A stretch of 64,000 nucleotides of DNA from Cyanophora paradoxa CCMP329. Its lineage: Eukaryota; Plantae; Glaucophyta. The stretch is taken from positions 1 through 64,000 of the forward strand of contig QPMI01000558.1 in assembly GCA_004431415.1 (NCBI GenBank), read 5' to 3'. The translations under genes and the position numbers were made by a program. Positions 56,863 to 64,000 of this stretch are shown piece after piece. Each line of letters starts with the position of its first letter. Position 1 is the stretch's first letter. The notes below the pieces were generated by a model. That model ran no database searches, was not told where the DNA came from, and worked only from the letters and a program-made list of their open reading frames with translations.

Positions 56863-59800
56863 TCACGGGCAGCCGTCGCCGCCGCCTGCGACAGAAGCCC
56901 ACTGATCGTATCCTGCGCAGAGGCGATGAGCAAGAGCGCAGTGAAAGAGAAACCACGGAAGCGCGGACCAGCCTGGCAGGTGAAGGGGGGCAGCTGGGAG
57001 AGGGGCCGGGGCATGGGCTGCGCGCAGGGGTGAGGGGCCGGCCGGGAGTAAGCGGGGGGCGGGGCGGACGAGGTCGAGGGGGATGATGTCGAAGGTGGTG
57101 CCGTTGATGTCGAAGACGTGCCACCAGAAGGAGGAGACGTTGGCGCTCGCCTCGCGGCTGAAGACGTGCACCAGGCCGGCCGCCGTGTACACGTCGACGC
57201 GCACCCCGGAGGCCCCCATCTGGTTCCCGTTCTCGATCGTGTACGGCGCCGCGCACTCGAAGTACGAGTCGCAGCTGCGCGGCGGCGGGCGCCGCGGGCG
57301 GTGAGCGAGGGGCGCTGCGCGAGGCTGCGCGCGGCCCGGCGCACTAGGTGTACTGGTGGACCCAGTACTCGTAGATGCCCGGGTAGCGCCCGGAGATGGT
57401 CATCGTCTCGGGGCGCGCGCTCGAGGAGCGGTCCGTGTTGTCGACGTCGAGCGTGGCCGTGACGCTCGCGTTGTACGGCGCGTCGACGGGCTTGACGCTC
57501 TTGAGGGCCCAGAAGCACTCGCGGTAGGTCGCCGAGGAGCCGCGGGTGAGGAAGGGGAGGTAGAGGTGGGCGTCGAGGTCGTGGGGCGGGAAGGTGGTCC
57601 AGGACATGACGACGCGGAGCTGGTTGGGGCCGATCTCGGGCGTCAGGTAGACGTTGACGACGAGCGCCGGCGTGGCCGTCTGCGCGTAGAACTGCGACTC
57701 GGGCCACGGCACGTCGAAGAAGGCGGCGTCGTTGAAGACGAAGCCCGGCGCCGTCGCGTACAGCGCGTAGCGGCCCGGCCTGTACCGCCACCCGCCGATC
57801 GCGTAGGCGCCGTTCGCCTGCGTCGGGAAGCCCGTGGCGAGGATGTAGTCCGTGCTGGGCAGGGGGCCCCGGACGGTGATGGAGGCGCCCGCCATCGGCG
57901 TGCCCAGCACGGCGTTGATGACCGTCCTGCGCCCCCGCCCTCGTCAGCGCCGGCGAGGCGCCTCGCCCCCGGGCGGCGGGCGGGCGCACCCCGAGATGGA
58001 GACGGGGGGCGGCTCGGTCTCGCAGCTCGGGCCCGTGAAGCCTTCGCGGCAGATGCAGGCGCCGGTCACCGGCTCGCACGAGCCCATGTTCTGGCACGTG
58101 TCCGTCGCGTTGCAGACTGCCGCGCGCGTCAGCGGAAGCGTGCGGGGCCAGCTACGGGGCTGGCCGCACATCGCGAGCAGTCGCTCCCGTAGTAGTACGG
58201 GTCGCAGGTGCAGCTGCCGTCGCCGTTGCAGGTGCCCTTCCCCATGCACGTGGTGGCAGCGAAGCAGTCTGCGGGGCGGGGGCGTGAGGGCCGCGGCGCG
58301 CCGTCGAATTCGGGAGGCCTGCGCACAGTTCTTCTGGCAGGTGGTGGCGTTGCAGCAGGGGAGGGCGCAGGACATCCAGATGGTGCACTCCTCGGGGGTC
58401 ACCTGCACGCAGCCGGCCGCCGACGTCCACGAGTAGCCGTTGTTCGGCGTCAGCGCGATCGTGTGGACCGACATGTCGCAGTTCTTCACGTTCGGCGGCG
58501 TGTAGAAGCTGCAGCCCAGGAAGCGCCCCGCTGCGCCCCGGCCCTCGTCGGCGCGGGCCGGCGGGGCGGCGGGGCGCGGGGCGGGGCGCGGGCGGGGGCG
58601 CACGGGCGGTGAAGGGGGGGAGGTTGGAGGCGCCCTCCTTGGCGTCGCAGAGGGGGAAGTACATCATCTGGTTGCTCTCCCAGGCGCGCACGTCGTAGCG
58701 CTGCCCGACTCCCACGTTGTTCGGGTACGACGAGGGCCAGTCGAACGTGCACGTGTCCAGGCACTGCGCGCCCCGCGTCGCCACGAGCGCGAGCGGCGCC
58801 CCCGGGGCGGGGCACCCCCCCGCACCTCTATCCACACGGAGGAGTCGGCGGTGCGGTTGACGGTGCACGTCGCGTCGATGGGCGACAGGAGCTCCTGCCC
58901 GGGGGTCAGCCGCGCACGAGAGAAGGGGCGGGGCGGGGCGGGGCGGGGCGGGCCTGGCCGGCGCGGTGCGGGGCCTCGACCTCGACGCCCCCGAAGACCA
59001 TGTCCTTGACGCGGACGGTGAAGGCATCCGAGGCGTACGTCGCGCACCCGTCCGTCACGCTCACGTTGACCAGCGAGCTCCCCGTCAGCGGCACCATCAC
59101 CGTCGTCGTCGTCACGTTGCCCGTCGTCGAGTTGGTCGTCACGTTCTGCGGGACGAGGACCTTCGGGGGCGAGAGGACGATGGTGCGGTACGCCTCCGAC
59201 CAGCCGGCCACCACCGCCGAGTTCACCGGCACCAGCGTCTTGTTCGACGACTCCAGCAGGAGGCTCATCGCGCTCAGCGCCCCCGCGCTCGCCCCCGTCA
59301 GCTTGTACACGACCGTGAGCGAGAGCCGCCCGCGGTACGTGACCTGCGCGCCGGCCGTTGGCGAGGCGCGGCGCGCGGCGGGGAAGCAAAGCGAAGCCAG
59401 GGCAAGCGCAGGGACCTGGTCGGTGGCGCGGGAGAGGTTGGCGGCGCGGGGCCCGACGGTGTAGAGCAGCGCGCCCCGCTCGGGGCCCGTCCCCAGGAGG
59501 CCCCCCACGAGGAAGGCCCCCTGCGCGTCGCTGAACACCAGGCCCCGCGGCTCCGCCGGGAGCGCCGCGCCGCCGCTGCCGTCCACCGAGCCGGCGCCGG
59601 CCCCGACGAAGCGGGCGGGGGCGCCCCCCGCGGCGGCGTCGAGGCTCCAGATGGACTTGCCGGGGCGCCCCCCTCGAGGGCGACGTAGAGGCGCCCCATC
59701 GCGTACGACACGGCCCGCGCCGCCGTCGAGGCGGCCCACTCCGCCGGCGCCGCGGCCACCGTCCTCACCGCCCCCGTCGCCACCTCCACCGCCCGGATGC

Positions 59801-61408
59801 GCGACGAGCCGGCCGCGGGCGTCTCCTGCGGCACCCCCGCTCGCGGGCCGGCGGGACGGAGAGGGGCGCCGGGCCGGGCGGGGCGGGGCGCACGGGAAAG
59901 TAGAGGAAGGCGCCGGCCGCGTCCGCGTCCATCCCGTACACGTCCGCCGCCAGGTTCAGCCCTGCCCGCCCCCTCCCCTCGCTCCGGCGCCCGGCCGGGG
60001 GCACATGCGGCGGGGGGCGGGTGCGGACCGGCGGAGGCGCCGGTCGCGTCGGCGGAGCCTGCGGTGGCGCCGCCGGCGAGGAGGGCGACGGCCGACGTGG
60101 CGAGGTCCACGCGGTAGAGGGCGTGCCGGGCAAGCACGTACAGCGACCCCGCCTCCGCTGCGCCGCCCCGCCCCTCAGCGGCGACCGTCGGCGGGGAGCT
60201 CGCGGGCGGCGCACCCTTCAGGTACAGCCCCTGCGCGAGCGAGAGGCGGTCCGTGCGTGAGCGGGGCCGGGCGCGAGCGAGAGCAGCGCGGGCGGGGGCG
60301 ATGGCGCACGGTGGGACGGGTGAACTGCACGGCGGAGCACGTGGCTCCCGCCGCGTCGGAGCCCCCGCTGCGCCCGAGGCTCAGCCGAGGTCGCCGATGC
60401 GGGAGACCCGAGCGAGCGGACCCGCAGATTGTCGTGACCTCCCCCGACGGTATGCTCACCGCCCTGATCAGCCCCGACGGCGCCGCGTCTGATGCGCGTC
60501 AGCACAAGCACGCAGGGACGGCGCAGCGCAGAGGCGCACCCGAAACGAACGCCAGTGTGCAATCTGCTGAGAGCACGACCCCCTGCGGCAGAGCGCGAGT
60601 CAGCTGCCGAACAGTGGCGCGGGGAGGCGGGTCGGGAGGACGCACGACTGGAGCTCCGAAGCACGCAGTGGTCCTGCGACCGCTCAGCGTCAGCACTGCA
60701 TACAGAAGGGGCGCTCGTTCGAGCCCGAGGGGCCTCGGCCGCACCCATTGCCTGCGCAATCGATACGGGGTCAGGCGCTGCGTGCGGCGTGAGGCGGGCA
60801 GGAGGCGGCAGGCCGCACCGTCAGTCTGGTTTCCGGTTGCGCCGCAGCCGGCGACGTGCGAGATGTAGGCGCTCGCGTTGTTGAAGGGCCTGGGCGCAGC
60901 GATGAGCGCCGGCGCTCGCCGAGGCCCCGGGCGGGCGCGCACCCGTCGATTCGCAGCAAGTTGCCGGAGGTCGTCTCAACGGCGAGCGCGAAGTCTGCTG
61001 AGGGGCAGTAGGCGACCCCGCCGAGGGACCCGAAGCCGACGCCCTCGGGGCAGTACAAGCTGGTGGGGAAGATCGTCGTGTTCGCGATGCGGCTCGTGTT
61101 GCCGGTAATGTTCATCATCTGGACGACGCGGCTGGGGTAGAAAGGGACGAAGGGCCCGCCCGTGCTGTTCGATGAGCATGTTGAGCCCGTTGTTGCTATG
61201 CAAGGGCACTGTGTGCAGGCTGCAGGCGCGCGAGATCAGCAATCGGACAAGTGCGACTTAACAGAACGAACGAGTGCTTACCGGGCGGCCTGACAAAGGC
61301 CCAAGCTATGTGGAGCAACGAGGCGAGGAGCAGGACATGTATTGTCCAGCTGCAACCCGCCTTCACAGCTCCTACCCGGGCCACCGCCCAGGGCGACTTC
61401 GACCGCAT
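56863..61408 (-). CDS. Secreted protein B: paralog of A with an extra N-terminal NHL-like beta-propeller
   Basis: MRSKSPWAVA...IHVLLLASLLHIAWA. NHL-like repeats (LYRVDLATSAVALLAGGATAGSADATGASA, AGSVDGSGGAA...PRGL), TVVYKL Ig-like domain, EGF CMGKGTCNGDGSCTCDPYYYGSDC, LRVVMSW...DLDAHL...TLDVDN...PETMTI...YWVH. Probable 1-nt indel near 59665. Confidence 0.8.
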
Positions 61409-61784
61409 GTAGGGGACCGGCTTGCCGTCGGGTGCGGTCAGCGTCGGCCCGACTCGTTCATTGCCACGGTATCGCCCTGCTCGCCGCCACTCGCCCACCC
61501 GGCTGCCGGGAAGGATGCCTCGATGCTGCTTCCCTGTTTGTGTGCCGATGCTAGCGAGCTGCCGCACTGCTGGGCCCTCCCTGCTGGCACCACCGCCTCC
61601 ACGTCCGTTCGCCCGAGCCGCACGTCCCCCGCGGTCGCACAGCGTCCGATACTGCACTACACGTTCGCTGGATGTCAGCTGCGGCGGTGCTCCTGCCCGG
61701 GTGCGTTGGTCGCCGTGCTAGCTGGCAGGGGTCGCTTCTCAGGCAGGTTCGGTCTGCGGAGGGGAGGGGGCCAGATTGGGGTAC
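61378..61784. repeat. Copy 2 of the 407-bp duplication (upstream region + first 10 codons of protein B)
   Basis: Ungapped match to 55284-55690. Confidence 0.97.
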
Positions 61785-62187
61785 GTCGTCACAAGCACTT
61801 GCAAAGCCGGGCCGTGCACCCGCCAGGTTTCGGGCGGGCGTCCCAGCGGTAGGAACCACCTCAGAAACGCAGCTTTATTCTTTTCCGTGGATGCGCGCGC
61901 ATTGTGGACCGAGCCCGCTTATTGCAGATCGAGAGCCGCAGTCTTAGTGCCGGCACGGGCGTTTCTGTCTGGTTTCGAGGGGCTGTTAAGTGTTCTTCTG
62001 TTCCAGCGGTGAAGGCTCACGGCAGGGCCGCTAGATACACGTTTCCGTCGGATACGCCTTGCTTCCCCCTCGATTCCATTCACACCTAGTCTATAGTAGG
62101 CATCCCGCGCGCGCCAGGCGGTTACAGCAGCAAACCAGCTGAGTGAGGGAGCAGTTACGCTGTGTCTCTGCGCGGGCAGGCCTCAAG

Positions 62188-64000
62188 ATGGGTTGCGGTA
62201 GCTCCAGCGCTAGCTACGAAGTTCCGTCGCGTCGCGTGCCGGGAGCGCCGCCGCCGCCAAGAGCTCCGCCAGGGGCGTCGGGTTCATATGCCGACTTCTC
62301 GAAGCCGGCCGCCGACTATCAGAAGCCCCCGAGCCTCGCGCCCGTCCGAGTGCATCCCGAACCACCCGCCAAGCCAACTAAGGCCCCGCAAGGTTCGCCT
62401 GTTTCCGCCGATGCGGGCGCACGCGCCACCCTGACTTGGCCGGCAGCAGAGAAGCCGAGCAGCGAGTCGAAGCCGCCTTCCGCGGCCGTCGTCCTCGTGC
62501 CCATCGAAGCGGACTCCCAGCGCGAGGGGTCCCGGCGGGCGGCGCCCGCGGACGGCGTGAGGGCCGACAAGCCCTCAAAGCCGAACTCGAAGCATGCAAC
62601 AGCGCCGCAGGCTGCGGAGGCGGCGGCCGCGCAGGGTCCCCCGCCCGCGGCAGCTGCGGCCGCCTCCAGTGCGCGGCGAACCCCGTCCGTCTCCGCGGCC
62701 GCCGGCCCCGCCCCGCAGCAGCAGCCGCCGGAGCCCGCGAAGCCGAAGAAGCCCGAATCCTTCTCCATGGCGCCGCCGCGGCACGCCAGGCGCCTGCGCC
62801 GCCCCGGCCCCGTCCCCTCCGCTCCGGAGGCCGCCCCCGCCCCTGCCCCGCCCCGCCCCAGCGGCCGCCCCCGCTCCGCCGGCCAAAGAGGCGACCGCGC
62901 AGCTGATTTCGCTGGCGCCGGCGGCGCCGGCGGCGTTCAGCATCCTCGACTTCCTCACGCCGGCCCCCGCCAAAGTCGTCCCAGCGGACCCGCGGCGCCC
63001 CGCCCCTTGAGCTCACGCTGGCGCCTGCGCCTTCGCCTGCGGCGGCCTCCTCCGGATCCCGCCGGCCCTCGCCCCGGCGGTGACGCCGGCCCCGGGCGCC
63101 GGCGGGGCCTCCTCGGCGGTGGCCTCGGGCGGGGCCGTGAGCGAGCTGCTGATCGTGTTCGCGTCGGTGAGCGGGAACGGGGAGGGCCAGGCGCGCCGCC
63201 TCCGGCAGGCGGCCCTCGAGCGCGGCCTGGCCGCCGACGCGGCGCCCCTCGCCGCCGCCTTTGCCGACCCCGCCGCCCTCGCCGCCGAGCGCCGCGCCGT
63301 CCTCTTCTTCGTCAGCTCCTTCGGCGACGGCGAGCCGCCCGAGTCGGCCCAGCGCCTCTGGGCCTGGCTCTGCGACCCCGCGCGCCCCGCCAACGCCCTC
63401 GCCGGCCTCCTCTTCGGCCTCTTCGGCAACGGGAGCCGCGTCTACGACCAGTACCAGCGCTTCCCCCGCCAGCTCTTCGCCGTGCGCCCCCCGCCCGCCC
63501 CCGCCCCCCGCCCCCCCTCCCGGCTGACGGCGGGGCAGAGGCTGCGGGCGCTGGGGGCGGTGCCGCTGTACGCGCGCGGGGAGGCGAACGAGGCGACGAT
63601 GGAGGCGGACTTCGCGGCATGGGCGGGGGGCCTCTGGGGCGCCCTGGCGGACCCGAAGCCCGTCCCGCCCGAGGCGGCCGGGGACCCCGAGGAGGAGCCC
63701 GTGCTCGAGTGGGAGCTCGAGGCGGCCGGCCCCGGGGCCCCCCTCGAGGCGCCCCTCGACGAGGCCAGGCGCCTCCAGGCCTCGGCCCTCCAGCCGGGCG
63801 AGGAGCTGCTCGCCGCCCGCGTCCTCGAGAACCGCGAGCTTCACGGGCCCGCCTCGCCGGACAGCACGCGGCACGTGGCGCTGAGCCTCCCGCCGGCCCC
63901 CGCCGCCGCCTACCGCTGCGGCTGGTACCTCGGGGTCGTCCCCGAGGCCCCCGCGGGGGCCGTCGAGGCCCTCGCCGCCCGCCTCGGGCTGCCCCCCTCG
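62188..64000 (+). CDS. Diflavin (flavodoxin + FAD-binding) NADPH reductase, CPR/NOS-reductase-like, with MGCGSS N-terminus; truncated at window end
   Basis: ATG GGT TGC GGT AGC TCC at 62188, Pro/Ala-rich linker, LLIVFASVSGNGEGQA, FFVSSFGDGEPPESA, FGLFGNGSRVYDQY, RGEANE...ADFAAW, ENRELH...STRHVALSL. Confidence 0.85.
   Translation, partial: MGCGSSSASYEVPSRRVPGAPPPPRAPPGASGSYADFSKPAADYQKPPSLAPVRVHPEPPAKPTKAPQGSPVSADAGARATLTWPAAEKPSSESKPPSAAVVLVPIEADSQREGSRRAAPADGVRADKPSKPNSKHATAPQAAEAAAAQGPPPAAAAAASSARRTPSVSAAAGPAPQQQPPEPAKPKKPESFSMAPPRHARRLRRPGPVPSAPEAAPAPAPPRPSGRPRSAGQRGDRAADFAGAGGAGGVQHPRLPHAGPRQSRPSGPAAPRPLSSRWRLRLRLRRPPPDPAGPRPGGDAGPGRRRGLLGGGLGRGRERAADRVRVGERERGGPGAPPPAGGPRARPGRRRGAPRRRLCRPRRPRRRAPRRPLLRQLLRRRRAARVGPAPLGLALRPRAPRQRPRRPPLRPLRQREPRLRPVPALPPPALRRAPPARPRPPPPLPADGGAEAAGAGGGAAVRARGGERGDDGGGLRGMGGGPLGRPGGPEARPARGGRGPRGGARARVGARGGRPRGPPRGAPRRGQAPPGLGPPAGRGAARRPRPREPRASRARLAGQHAARGAEPPAGPRRRLPLRLVPRGRPRGPRGGRRGPRRPPRAAPL

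Noticed and set aside
59655-59680. Frameshift in the NHL region of secreted protein B (pseudogene or programmed shift?)
   Set aside because: One extra base in a G/C homopolymer restores the frame; likely an assembly indel.
23-63874. Hundreds of long Arg/Gly/Pro/Ala-rich ORFs in the six-frame track
   Set aside because: These are shadow frames and intron read-through caused by stop-codon scarcity at very high GC.

Overview
Very GC-rich, gene-dense eukaryotic nuclear DNA. It holds about 23 protein-coding genes, each split by many short (mostly 50-80 nt) spliceosomal introns with GT or often GC donors, CTGAC/CTRAY-like branch points and YAG acceptors. N-terminal presequences with an early Phe (MECAAF, MAAF, MSGFV) suggest a glaucophyte-like alga such as Cyanophora; this is inference. 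Most long ORFs in the supplied track are GC-driven shadow frames. All gene models below were spliced by eye, so boundaries are approximate. Gene order: secreted unknown(-), Zn-finger/RRM(+), ATM1-type ABC(-), MOT1(+), MFS(-), WD40(+), glutaminase(-), GRP94(-), Cho2-type PEMT(+), secreted TPR(-), dead alpha/beta-hydrolase(-), CC1-box coiled-coil(+), coiled-coil(-), ankyrin(+), RWD-ART(-), RibD_C-like(+), FHY1-like HAD(+), TIR-1(-), CDB1-like(+), secreted EGF protein A(-), TIR-2(+), secreted NHL/EGF protein B(-), diflavin reductase(+, truncated). Three things stand out. (1) A hidden, exon-phased G-then-C skew wave dictates synonymous codon choice. (2) A candidate immune or signalling locus (42.8-64 kb) has two paralogous secreted EGF proteins, each head-to-head through a near-identical 407-bp block with a predicted N-myristoylated partner (a TIR protein or a diflavin reductase); a second myristoylated TIR and an ADP-ribosyltransferase lie nearby. 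(3) Non-coding DNA carries a recurrent A-A'-A inverted micro-triplication mutation signature. No rRNA, CRISPR array, convincing tRNA or autonomous transposon was seen.
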